Shown in pieces: positions 49,909 to 64,000 of a stretch of 64,000 bases of DNA. Within the stretch, counting starts at the first letter, position 1. Every line of letters begins with the position of its first letter. The stretch is from Podospora anserina. Lineage: Eukaryota. The notes below the pieces were generated by a model that was not told the origin of the DNA, searched no databases, and worked only from the letters and a program-made list of their open reading frames with translations. The translations under genes were made by a program, and so were the position numbers. The stretch spans positions 3,410,001 to 3,474,000 of the forward strand of contig CM030338.1 in the NCBI GenBank assembly GCA_017654855.1, read 5' to 3'.

Positions 49909-51909
49909 ATGCCACCTGGAAGAATCCTCGTCATCGCCGGGTCTGATTCCTCTGGCGGAGCGTATGTTTTCTCTTACCTATCTACGATCACCCCTCAACC
50001 CCTTTTTTTTCTTTTCTACTCACAAGGAGACTAACCCCAAAAATGACCAGCGGCCTGGAAGCAGACCAAAAAGTCATCGCCGCCCACGGCTGCTACGCCA
50101 TGACGGCCACCACAGCCCTCACAGCCCAGAACACCCTCGGCGTGCACGGCATACACCATGTCCCCGCCGAGTTTCTTCGGAAGCAGATTGATGCTGTTGT
50201 GACGGACGTCGGGGTAGATGTTGTCAAGACTGGTAAACTCTCTCTCAACGTCCAAACATGTTTTTGAGGGATTGAATTGTACTGACTGTAAAACAAAAGG
50301 CATGATGGCATCAGCTGGGACTATCGAGGCTGTGGCTGAAGTGATTCGGGAATATAAACTCAAGACGGTGGTTGTCGACCCGGTTATGGTTGCCACGACG
50401 GGCTCGCCTTTGTTGCCTAATACCTCGCTTTCGCTTCTTAGGGAGAAACTCGTGCCTTTGGCTACGGTTCTCACGCCTAATCTGCCTGAGGCGAGGTTGC
50501 TACTTGCTGATGCTGGGTTTGGGCACTTGCCGGTGGAGAAGGTGAGTGATTTGGAGGGGATTGCCAGGGCAGTGGGGAGTTTGGGGCCGAAGTGGGTTTT
50601 GATCAAGGGGGGGCATTGTCCTTTTAATGGGGAGGGGATGATTGCGGCGGAGGAGGGGAAGAGGGAGAAGGTGGTCGATGTGCTTTGGGGGAGGGATGAG
50701 AAGGGGGGGGAGGTGCTGAGACAGGTCGAGACGCCTTACTGGGAGAGTAAGCATACGCACGGGACGGGGTGTTCTTTGGCTTGTGAGTTGTACCCTTTAA
50801 CGGGTTGAGAGAGTTGGGGTGCTGATGTGATTGACAGCGGCGATTGCGTGTAACTTGGCGAAGAGGATGGATATGCCCCAGGCGGTGGAAGCGGCGTGTC
50901 GATATGTTGAGGCTGGGATAAAGACTGCGCCGGGACTGGGGAAGGGGAATGGGCCGTTGAACCACTTCCACTCGACGTATACGTTGCCATTCGCGCCGTG
51001 AGTTACGACCCTCGGATTGGAAGAATAAGAAAGAGGCACTGATCTTGTGAACTAGGGGCCACTTCATTGAGTACCTGCTCGAAAGACCAGACGTCGCTCC
51101 AGTGTGGAAGCGCTATGTCACTCACCCTTTTGTGTTGGCCATGGGCGATGGCACATTGCCGTTGGAGTCGTTCAAGGGGTATTTGATCCAGGATTATCTG
51201 TATCTGGTCTGTTGCCCAACCCTACCTACCGCACCGCTTGGCTGACGATAATGCCAGACACATTACGCCCGAGCAAGTGCCCTTGCTGGGTATAAAGCCA
51301 AAAATATTGAGGATATCGGCGCCGCTGCTACTATTGTAACACACATCTTCCACGAGATGGAGCTGCACATCAACTACTGCAGCGGCTTCGGTATCTCGAA
51401 GCAGGATATCGAGAGCTGCGAGGAGAAGGAAGCATGCACGGCGTACACAAGATACGTCTTGGATATCGGCAACTCGGAGGACTGGCTGGCTTTGCAAGTT
51501 TCCATGGCCCCGTGCCTCTTGGGGTATGGAGATATCGCCAAGAGGCTGTTTTCTGACCCCAGGTCCAAACGAGAAGGAAATGTTTACTGGGCCTGGATCA
51601 AGAACTATGTGGAGGATGACTATCTGCTGGCTCTCAAGACCGGCTCCGGTGAGTGGTGGACTGCCCAATCAAGACGAGAGAAATCAGTGCCAGATAACAG
51701 AGCAAGCTAACGGCGGATGATGACGAACAAAGACCTGCTGGAACGACACGCCGTGCTTCAAAGCCCCGCCCGAATAGATGAGCTGGCCAGCATCTTTATC
51801 CATGCTACAAAGGTAGGTTGCATGCTCTTGAGCAAACACGAAAGACATGAGCTGATGGGGAGTTTGTTAGATGGAGATTGCGTTCTGGGAAATGTACAGC
51901 TCCCACTGA
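49909..51909 (+). CDS. THI20: HMP/HMP-P kinase-TenA (thiaminase II) fusion, THI20/THI21 family. Exons 49909..49961, 50051..50232, 50300..50782, 50838..50997, 51056..51206, 51258..51648, 51733..51812, 51871..51909
   Basis: IAGSDSSGGA|GLEADQK, TALTAQNT, VVDPVMVAT, LTPNLPEA, KGGH and HTHGTGC; the TenA part has YLIQDYLYL, AYTRYVLD, APCLLGY and EIAFW. Seven introns restore the frame. Confidence 0.92.
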
Positions 51910-52146
51910 AGTAACAGTTTTTGACAGGACTCTTTGTGAGTAGGTACCTGTCTGAGTCGTGTGGGCTCCAGCTACAAGTGGGGAGGCTAGACTCACCTAG
52001 ATGGGATCCCAAAAAGGCCTTAAAGTTCAATTGTGAAGTTTTGTGACGCTCGCAGACTACAGTGAAGAAGTGAGTGGGATGCCCATCAGCATGCCCCGCA
52101 AGTGGGGCTGTTGAAGTGAATTTCAGTGGATGCCTCAGGCACTTAG

Positions 52147-52153
52147 CTTATCG
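52147..52153 (+). promoter_or_regulatory. CTTATCG element upstream of DBP2 (candidate ribosome-biogenesis motif)
   Basis: Reverse complement of the motif upstream of MAK11. Confidence 0.35.
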
Positions 52154-52776
52154 GAAGGCCTAGCGGCTCTATCAGACGGAGACCGCCTCACCAAAACAGA
52201 AAAAAATAAAATCTGGAGCCCAAAGCCAAGGCGCGCTTCTGGATCCACCCAAGAAAAGTGCTAACAAATTTTGGCCCAGACAAATTCCGGGGGCGATTCT
52301 TTTGAACCCTTCCCTCTTTCCCATCCCCAAAACTTTTTTCTCGCCTCGCCGAGATCTCACTCTTACCTCTTCCCTCCCCCTCGACCAACCCACCAAAGGA
52401 CTCTGCCATCGCAAGATCCTTCATTCCACTCACTTACCTCAAGTCCATCTTGCGGTACTGCATCAGAGTCGGGTTGCACCATTTGCATCTCTTTCCCGCC
52501 TGTTTTTTTGACGCGCCGCTTCCTCTTCACCGAGCAACGTCGGCACCTCTTCCTCTCGCAGCGCATAATTTTCTTGTCGCAGCAAGAACCATTTCTTCCT
52601 CGCTCCGACCAGCACAAATTCTTTGTGTCGGCTCTCAGCACTGCTTTTGATCAACCGATCCAGCCAGTGCTCAATACATTGATTCGGTCGCCCCAGTCCG
52701 AATCTCTTCCTCTGTCGACGACAGCAAGCATCGTGTCTAAAACAGGACCGACTTTTACACCTCAATAATCACAGCC

Positions 52777-55184
<2,408 letters not shown>

Positions 55185-56219
55185 GCATGTACTGCCGCTC
55201 CAATCATGGAGGCTTTGATTCGCCTGAGAATCTTGTCTGTCGTCTTGACTTTTTCCCTGCCAGGCCCTCGGTAGGCTGGCTTTCAACCTGGTGGCATCCA
55301 TTTTTCGGACACACGGCGTTACGCGTAGACGGTTAGAGGTCGGTTACGGTTCATGGGTTCTTTAAGGGCGCCTGGTGGTTCATGTTTGCGTCATGGCTTT
55401 TTAGCTCTTCATTTTCATGTGTGGGTTAGGTGTGGCTCGCTTTCTTGTCGTCCCTTGGGGGTTGTCTTGTGGTGGCAGTATGCCATGCCACAGTTTGCAT
55501 CTTTGCAAAACCTTGTGCCATCATCGTTACAGCAGCGATCAGCCATAGCTGATCATTGTTGGCCAATTTTTTGGTCAGTTCTTCACTAACAGATGATGGG
55601 CCGGTTGATCACCCAAGGCCAAGAGCAGCTTGCTATCTGTAGCAGCAGCAACCAAAACAAAAGTATTCTAAAAAGCCTGGTTTGTTGGTTTTGTATTCAT
55701 CGGGGTCGCATGTTTTTCAGTTCCCCCCGCATTAGCGTTACCCTGCTTACTGCTTCTTGTACTCAAAGTGTAGTAGTCACTTAGTTATTCATTGCGAGAG
55801 GAGGGATAGATGGCTAGCATTTGTCCCTTCTTGTCTCAGCAGCTTCGCTTCGCGGAAATGCATGCTGGCGATGACAGCGCCGTGTAATTAGAGCAGATTA
55901 GATCAGCTGTCTCAACATGAGAGTAGTATGAGATGTGTTGGGATTTGTCTTGGTGTGTGGTATGCTTCCATCCAATCTTTGTGCTGTTCATTCGGGCTGT
56001 GGTGGGTGTGTGTTTGCTTCATGTTACTCAGCCTTGGTGGCATAGCTTGAAACACTTGTCACTCTCTTGTAGTAGAAGAGGAGGTGGGGAATGGTCAGTA
56101 GTATAATCTAATGAGCTCTATGTTTGTTCTTTCTAAGCTTTTGTTTTTGGTCTCTTCACAGTGGGCAAGGCCACTGTCGAGATTATCTTGGGTGCCTTTG
56201 GCTTTGGTTTTTTTTTTCC

Positions 56220-56284
56220 CTTCTCTCTTCTCTGCTTTCTTCTCTTCTCCCTTCTCTTCTCCCTTCTCTTCTCTCTTCTCTTCT
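56220..56284. repeat. Pyrimidine-rich low-complexity tandem repeat (CTTCTCTTCTCC-like units)
   Basis: Directly visible. It reads EKREEKGEEKGEEKK on the minus strand. Confidence 0.7.
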
Positions 56285-59200
56285 ACATTATGTTCATTTG
56301 TTTACCTCTTGAGTGGGTGTTATTGTGATAGGTGTCGTGATGGTGTGGTGGTCTCTTTTCTGTTAAGAAAACATATAGGTCTTTTATTCAGGTTCCTAGG
56401 AGCCCGTTCCAGATACAGTGCCGTTGGACGGTCAATAAGCAATATCTGATGCACTGTAGACGTCAAAATAAGCAGTCTGCAGTCTGTTTAGGCTTGTGAA
56501 CTCACCCTGCGATGGCTGAGGGTGCCTGCTGGTTTACCTTTTATATCTAACATCAACGGTAGGAAAGTCTATCAACTTTATGTTGACGTCTAATTGCTCA
56601 AGAGACTTGCGTTAGTGGTAGAACAGAGCTGGGAGGCGGAGGAGGTAAGTGGGTAGGATTGGGCTTAAATGGGGAAAGTTGAGGCTAAGAGCAGGAGATG
56701 TATATGCAGGGTTGATCGTGAATTGTAGTGGTTGGTTGTAGTTTCGGGGCTGAACTGTGGGAATGGGGTGTGGTATAGTTCATAGACACATCAACAGAAC
56801 AATGTAGAGGGTTCTTGTAATAGTAGGGAGGCAACAATTATGGACACAATGTTGGTGATCAAGTCATTTCATTTGGCGTTCTAGGCTGATCGTAAAGAAA
56901 GAACAAAACTAGGTCTGGCATTATGCGAGGTCTAATACCCTTTGGATTATATAACGTGTTGGACTGTAGATACGTTCCTCGTAAATCTTGTCTCTTTGCC
57001 TTGTGGCAGCCATGAGCTTCTTAATCAAGTATGGCCATACTACCACCTCCAAGCAGTTGACTGTTCTGCAAAGAAGACGGTTTGAACGTCCCCACATTGA
57101 AACGTCGACGACAGTTTACAATCGGGCAGTGGCTTAGCTGCGTCTGGACTCATGCCGATCCATTAGATATGGTTCGTAGCCGGTGGTCGGTTAGTGTGTG
57201 CGCCCTTATACTGGGTAGAACTGAATCTTGACGAACCTGTCGACGATGGCATTTGCTAACAGAACACTGGGCAGTTTGACGGGAGAAACGAGGCCGGTTC
57301 ACTTAACCCCGCAAACTGTTAGTCTTGATGTTGTCCTCAGACTAACCATATCGAAGCCCATAGCTTGGTTTGTTTCCCCCAGGGAAGCGCCATATGCTCG
57401 ATGACATTTTGGCAAAGATAGAATGAGAAGCCAGACCGGTATTCGAGTCATCCAAGAAGGGGACAGGCAAGCACTCCCAACGCTTCCAGAGATCAGAGGA
57501 AAATTCCAGGTCAATCTCCTGACTTCTTCGGCTTACGCAGAAGCAGGTCATTTTCTGGTAAGCCTTTGAGGATGTTCGAAAGCTTCCATGGCACGAGGCA
57601 GGAGTCCGCTGATATCAATTCGTACACTTCTAGGCTGACCATGATACTCATCATCTGGGCTGGCTTCTTCAGCCACACCCAGTTCTAAGTTCACAAACCG
57701 CCATCATGCAAAACCATCGCTGACCGAGCATTTGCCCCAACGCTTCTCTCCATGTGCCACTGCAACCGTATGGCGAATCAAATTCGGCCGAATCCAGCAA
57801 CACTGAAACGGAGAGAGCTTAACATCGTAAAAGTGGAGAGTCTCTGCGTGAGTTTCTGAAGTGAAGATATAAAGCCCAGCCACCACTGACTTTTCCGGGT
57901 TATCCAGATACAAGGTTCTGCAGTATTCATCGTGTGTCGGCTCAAATTCTCATCCGACATGCCCCATGGCGCACCGTGGCACCGTCTCCTCCCCTAACTC
58001 GTGGCGCCCATGTGAAATTTCTGAGTGTCATGTTGATACTCGGTCCGACTTCGTATGCCGACTTCGTCACGCCTGAATCATGATCCTCAGGCGACTGACG
58101 AGTCTCCATCTGGAACCATGGAAGTTGCTCACCCTTCTCCGCTGATACATAGAGGTTTCCAACTTTCGAAGTGATGCCTATTCCCCATCTTGAAGGTCGC
58201 AGACACGTGAAAGGCCATGCGCCGACAACCACATCAAGTCTTACGAGGAACCCTTGATTAAACTTGGGATCTCGGTTCCTGTGACATGGCTATCACGCCT
58301 GCCTTCGCGATTCTCAACCAGTATACGGCCCGAACCCACCACCTACGCAACAACTCCCAGCAGAAGACACATCCGCGGTTGACTTTGAAGAAATCAGATA
58401 CACATGATCGCCACCAACACCTTGGTGTCTTACGCATAAGCTGACCCTCTCATACCAAACGGCGATGACCGTCAAAAGGCCCCCTCGCCAACCCTCAACA
58501 CCACACATCCACAGCCAACGAGAAGTTGCGGGGTCAACTCCGGACCGTATAACGCTGCCGACTGGACTAGGGCGGGACGGCGCCAGATCCCCATGCCCAA
58601 TACACCCCGCTTCCCGTTACCATTACTTAGCGTATTGTGCACAGTGCCTTTGGGTATACCTGCCGCCACACCGCCATATACTAAAGACAAGGGTATCATG
58701 AGTGATGGCAACGCACGTACCGAGCGACACCTCACACACCGATATGAGGTTTGTTGGCCACGAGGCTGCCGGCAATGCCCAACAAAGGAGAGAAGGGGGG
58801 TGCTTGACAACAACCAGAACAACAAGCAACTCTCGGCCGAGTAAATCCTGCCGATCCTCCGCAAGCAACTGAGAGGGGCATCCAGGTGGGGAACCAAACA
58901 ATCGAGGGGTTGGATAATCATGGGAAAAGTCCCTCCTCCCTCCCCGGGCGTTCTCCTCCTCCGCGCAAAGTCCGTCCCTCCCCCCTGATGGTATGTCGTG
59001 TTATCAGTGCGGATCAGTTCCAGACCCTGTTCCGCAAGCCCACCAGTATCCGCAGGCAGCCAAAGAGTCCACTGGTGTTTGTGTTTGCTCAGGTGCCTTC
59101 GCCCATTGCTCTCCCAAGACTGCCTTTCTTCTCACCCTTTGCCATTTGCCTCCACCCCCCGCCGCCTATCTCTTGCTTGGCTGGTCGAGAACCCACCCTC

Positions 59201-62200
59201 TGGGGCAACTCCGCATTTTGTTAAGGGCCGAGTCCCTTCTTGGCTCGGATGACCAGGTGGATCATTCTTGTTGCCATCCACCACTATCTCAATCAACTGG
59301 GGGCCAAATATTACCCGCCTGAATTGCTTCAGGGTTCTCCACCACTCCCACTGTGTGCTGCAACGATTTGAATACTGTAGGGAAAATCGATACATTATTC
59401 TCAGCTAAACAAGTGCTGTCGAAGTGGTCGATCATCTCCGGCCGGCGGGACAGGGCTTAGTGCCGTCTCTCTGAAAGTTGCGGACACAGTACAGTAGTGC
59501 CATATCCAGCATCACGGATCGACAAAGTGTGTACATACCAATAAGCAAAATAGACTTGCCATGCTGTTTGCTGGCTGGTGTTGGGATTTGACCGCTCGCT
59601 TGGGTTGCGTCTACTTTGCTTTGCCATGCTTACTGTGTACTGCTTTTACCAAGACGGCCTAGCTCTTTCCCGAGGGTCGGGTTGTGTGGTGCACAAAGTG
59701 GCCAACAGCAAGCCCGAGCGTGATATCGTGTCCTGCAGCTTTGGATGGTCGGGATAGCAAAGAAGCAACAGGGACGCCATCCCATTGCGGCCCCTACCAC
59801 GACGCTATCTTCAGCTGTCTCATGTACCCCAGCATTGCCAGCCCCCGATCTTCTTTCGTCCATCAATGCTTGACAAATGGACATTACCGCTTCTGGCAGG
59901 GCAAAACAATGGGCTTTATCACTGTGTGCAGTCCTAGCGTAACTGTACCAGTTGATGAAGTGCTCTCTTTCTTCATCGGCACTCGAGTCCAACAAATGGC
60001 GGCACTGTAGAAGCGAGTGGCCTCCTATGCCAAGATGGTGTTTGTTGTCTTTCCAGCTGCATGATGCCTTCCAAACCGATTTCTACTCTTTATCGTCTCT
60101 GGGGAGGTGAACCAGCGACGGTGATGGCCGTGATAGTAATAGAATGATGGTAATAGCGAACCGGGGAAACACTTGCTGTGTTGCTATTCAGGATGTGGAG
60201 ACTGGTCGCCAAACCCGGAGTCAGGGTCTCTAGCAGCTGAAGGGACCATCCATGTTTTCATGAAACACGTCAACAGTCTTGTTGATGACGTGAAGGGTGC
60301 AATCTGGAGACTCTTGTAGTGTACGTCGGAATTTTTTCCGGACGAACAGGAGGACTGATAGGTAACAGGACGGATAATTAGCTCCTATACTATGGGCTGT
60401 GTACACTATATTGTAAGCTTTATCACGGCCAATTTCCAGACTGCGTTACATACATATATAAGTTCAGCAATAGCTTGCTGAGGTAGCTGATGAAAGCCTC
60501 TGGTTGGTGAGGAGGACAGGTTTCTTCAAGACTAAGATCTCGCGCTACCACCGCCAACACGTGCCATCGCCGATCGCACCACACCTAGTTTCGACGTGCA
60601 TTATTACGGAATCATTGCTTTTTTCTTTGAAGGAGCATCACGTAACAAAGCTGCTGGGGGACAAAGGGTCGATCGGAAGTATGCTCTACGCACCTGCCTG
60701 GACATGAAAAAGCCCACAACAGAGCAACGGGAATGTTGAAGGGCCCGGGCGGGACCACCAAGCTGCCATCAGAAATCCCAAAAGCGTTCAAGCAAGCGAG
60801 AGCGAGAGACCCTTGAACCAGTTGCTGATCGTGGGCTTTCCCCGCCTGCCCGCCTGGATGTGATGATTTCCGCCCACATCCCTTGTGCCCTTCTTCTGGC
60901 GACGACATAGACACGCTCCACCCTTGAACCCAGCACGGTGTGGGTAATGGCGGACCTGGAGCAGGGGTGCGCACCAGCCACTCTCTCCACTGACTGGAGC
61001 GTGTGGAGACGGACGAGGCCCAAAGCGAAATGCGGAGCCAGCGGACGAACTGGAGTGATAGCCGACCGCCTGCCTGCCTGCCTTTCCACTTTCCAAAACC
61101 TCCAATCGACCGCCGTCAAGGCTCTGACCCCTCCTCGCCATATCAAATCAGATCAGAGGGGTTTTGTCCGAAAAGAGGGTGTTGCATTGTTGGTGCCCGC
61201 GTGCAGGCACACGGCAACACCAATCCGGCCCATACGAATACGCGGTACTTGGTTGTTGCTTTTTGATGAGTGAGTCGAAGTGTGCTGGTCGATCGAGAAC
61301 ATGGTATGAGATGTTGTGTCTATGCTGTAATCATTATTTCGTTTCCGTAATCCGTGAGGGGGAAAAGGATGGACCTTCGTCAAACCATCGTAGACAGGTC
61401 GAAAAATCAAGAAAAGCCATGTGTCAATGTCCAAGGCCGTGCTGCAGGTGAGGAAAGTGATATTGTCACCACCATCACGTGCAGGACTGCAGCTGCGTCT
61501 GGAATCGCACGGTTTCCTCATCGGCTGGACCTTCCCTCCCGCACCTTCCCATGAACAAGTTTCAAGTTTGACACCCAGTGAGACTACATAAGGTCGCAAA
61601 ACCACACTACTACAAGCAGCCGCCAGAAAGGGTGATGTGATGGTGTACAATGGACTCAACCCAGCTGCATGGAAGCGTCCGAGACGGATTCTGGTGAACG
61701 GCCCCCCAAATTTGGGGCTCTGGCCTTCCCGCCTCGTTGGGATGAAGCTGTCTCCTGCGAGCGCCGGCTGTACCATTCTGACGGGATTTACAGTCACCAC
61801 CCTACAGCCAGTGGGAAATCAGCTAGCTTGTTTTAGCAGTATCCTTCCGACCAATGTAGATTACACTAGACCAACATCGGTATCAATCACCACCTCGCAA
61901 AACCACGTCGATGTCAAACTGCAGCCCATCAGCGCAAGTTCCAGGAAACATCGCACACTCTGACGAGAAAAGGCTGGTCGGTTTGCCGTATGGAGTTAGC
62001 CGAGCTGCACCCGTGCCCCAAGAGCGCGCCGCAGATACCATGATGTGTGTACAACAAACAGTGGGAGTGTAGGTACTTTTGCTGCTTTCCCCTCTGTCGG
62101 GCACGCTCATTCATCCAGTTCATGATGCCTGAGATCACCATGCCATCCATGCCGGCCGACCACCGGAGATTCCTCTTCCTGTCCAATTGCGTGCAGCATG

Positions 62201-64000
62201 ATTTGTTGGCGACGCTCCGCACACCGTCACCACATTGGGTACAAAGGTGTGTGGGCAGGGTGGCAGGTCCCCATCCATGATGCCGGGAGGCCCAGCGCAC
62301 GTCATGTGGTCCCACGGGTGCCGCGGTAAAAAAAGACGTGAAAGTTCTTTTTTCCAATATCGCTCTCACCCAGAGGAGTCTCACCGCAACACCGGCAAAC
62401 GCACCGCATGCAAATTGGGGGCAATAAGAGCCGCCTTTTGCCTTGCAATTGCCGCCGCCGTCGCGGCCGTGATCCTATCACCAGTGAGTTGGGCTTCCTG
62501 CAGCCACAGGGGGGGAAAGGAGCGGAGCAATAAATTGCTAAGTACCATGGCGCAATGCTGTCGACGCTGGCCATCCCGGCAGCCGGGTTCTGGAGTCGCG
62601 AATATTCGCGTGCCTGCCGCGAGAAATTTAGCGCAAATGCTTCCCAGTTCGGGCAATAATTTTCACCCCTCCAGGGAGTCGGGACGAGGACCCCACAAAG
62701 GACCCGGGCCCCAGCATGCAATCCCGCCCTCCCCCCATGTTTCGCCGGCTCTGCTTGAATATCGACAGCTGCGCTGTATCGACATAAAGCGGTGATGCAA
62801 GCATGCGCGTGTGATGATCCTGGAGAGTGTCATCGGCTCTTCGAAAAACCACAAAAAGAAACGTCGAGTACACTACCCAAAAGTGCATGTAGCTGGAAAG
62901 GATCAGCCGCCCCTGACAGAAATACCCGTCTCGTCGTGAAAGCTTCCGCAAACAGAACAGCTTTTTGTGGCGGCTGCTGCCATGCTTTGGTGCCAGATTC
63001 GCGAGCCCAGCCTTTTCCTGCGACATAAAAGGTCAAGCGTTCTTTTGCTAGTCAGGAACGTCTGTGTATTCCCGCTTCCTAGTAGGTCGCCTTTATGTGT
63101 CGAACTGGGATGTGGGAGCCGAAGCCGTCTCTCGGCCGAGGGGCATTCCATTTTTCTTTGAAAGCATGGTCCGGCCCGTTCATAGCGGCCATTTGCGGGT
63201 GGTGCTCGCCCGCACCCCGCCCCCTTGGTTACTCTATCTCCTGTTCGGAGTACTGCATAGGTGTCTGTGGCAACCCTGGCGGTGGCATTTTTTTTGTATT
63301 TTTTTGTATTTGCTTTCGTTCGTATTCGAATGCATCTCTCCCACCGCTCTTTCTATTGTGGTGTCATGTCGATTGCCATCCCGCTTACTCCCACGCAACG
63401 TCCAGCTCACTAAGATCACAATGTGAGCCCTTCGGCCCGTGTTGCAGATGAGGAGCCACAATGAACTGGACGGAGATCGAACGAGAATAAAAAACTGGCG
63501 CATGACAAATTAATCTTGTCTGCTTTCTTCAACGTTCCCACAGGCCCGAAACGTTCTTAAGCTGTTCGATATCGGAGTTGACCTGGCCAGCACGTGGCGA
63601 ACCTGATAACCTACATTTAGGTAAAAAACGAATGTTTCTTACTAACGGCCTGGAGTGACCAATTTGTTCAGTCATACTTTGATCTCAATTCAATAATTTG
63701 ACGGGAAGAGTCGGGTGTCCTTTCAGCCAACCATCGAGCAAAGGTCAGTCCAAAATTCCATTGCATGGTGATTCTGTCAAGCCGCCCCAGATGGCAGTCG
63801 AGGTTCCAGCCAGTTGCCACGACTACCCTCATCGTCGGAGCCGCTTCTTTGTGATGTTCTGCTGAACTGAGGCTGGCAATCTGATGCAGCCGGTGGCTTG
63901 GACTCCTCGGCATCAGGCATTGGCACCGTGCCCCTCCAAGACATCACACGCGGTTTTAGTGTGATCCAAACCACCGGGTCGGTTGAGATCTGTCAACTTT

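Noticed and set aside
49600..50300. Possible TPP riboswitch in the THI20 leader or first introns
   Set aside because: The introns are short and I found no CTGAGA core with the downstream aptamer motifs.
57171..57237. tRNA-like fold: GGTTCGT...ACGAACC 7-bp stem with internal hairpins
   Set aside because: No T-loop TTCRA or B-box, no U8, and poor D and anticodon arms. Probably chance.

Overview
Eukaryotic DNA from a filamentous ascomycete. Short GT-AG introns with CTRAC branch sites, the gene content and the protein sequences suggest Sordariomycetes, probably Sordariales (Podospora-like); that placement is an inference. I can support 19 protein-coding genes, mostly housekeeping: a 5'-truncated THOC1/Hpr1-guanylate-kinase-like fusion, a RING-LON(N) ligase, INSIG/Nsg, MAK11, EAF1/VID21, SPP2, an alpha-glucoside MFS permease, sphingolipid C9-methyltransferase, NDUFAF3, RPL34, a small possible Mediator subunit with a GC-AG intron, a MULE/FAR1-derived DNA-binding protein, NoxR, CCS1, MRPL23, uricase, Rictor/AVO3, THI20/21 and DBP2. 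I see no tRNA, rRNA, CRISPR array, intact transposon or secondary-metabolite cluster. About 4.6 kb (33.6-38.2 kb) and about 8.8 kb (55.2-64 kb) lack convincing genes. No multi-gene novel system is evident. The most interesting signals are at isoform and domain level: a P-loop-degenerate GK domain fused to THOC1; two candidate 3' acceptors giving the RING-LON ligase either a transmembrane tail or a CaaX-like end; an in-frame N-terminal membrane extension on CCS1; an alternative acceptor that would remove the NoxR PB1 domain; DBP2's long conserved intron plus a candidate intron overlapping its stop codon; and a 68-Gln tract in Rictor built from a perfect 9-mer repeat. Gene identities come from remembered family motifs and exon boundaries were read by eye, so both need database and RNA-seq confirmation.
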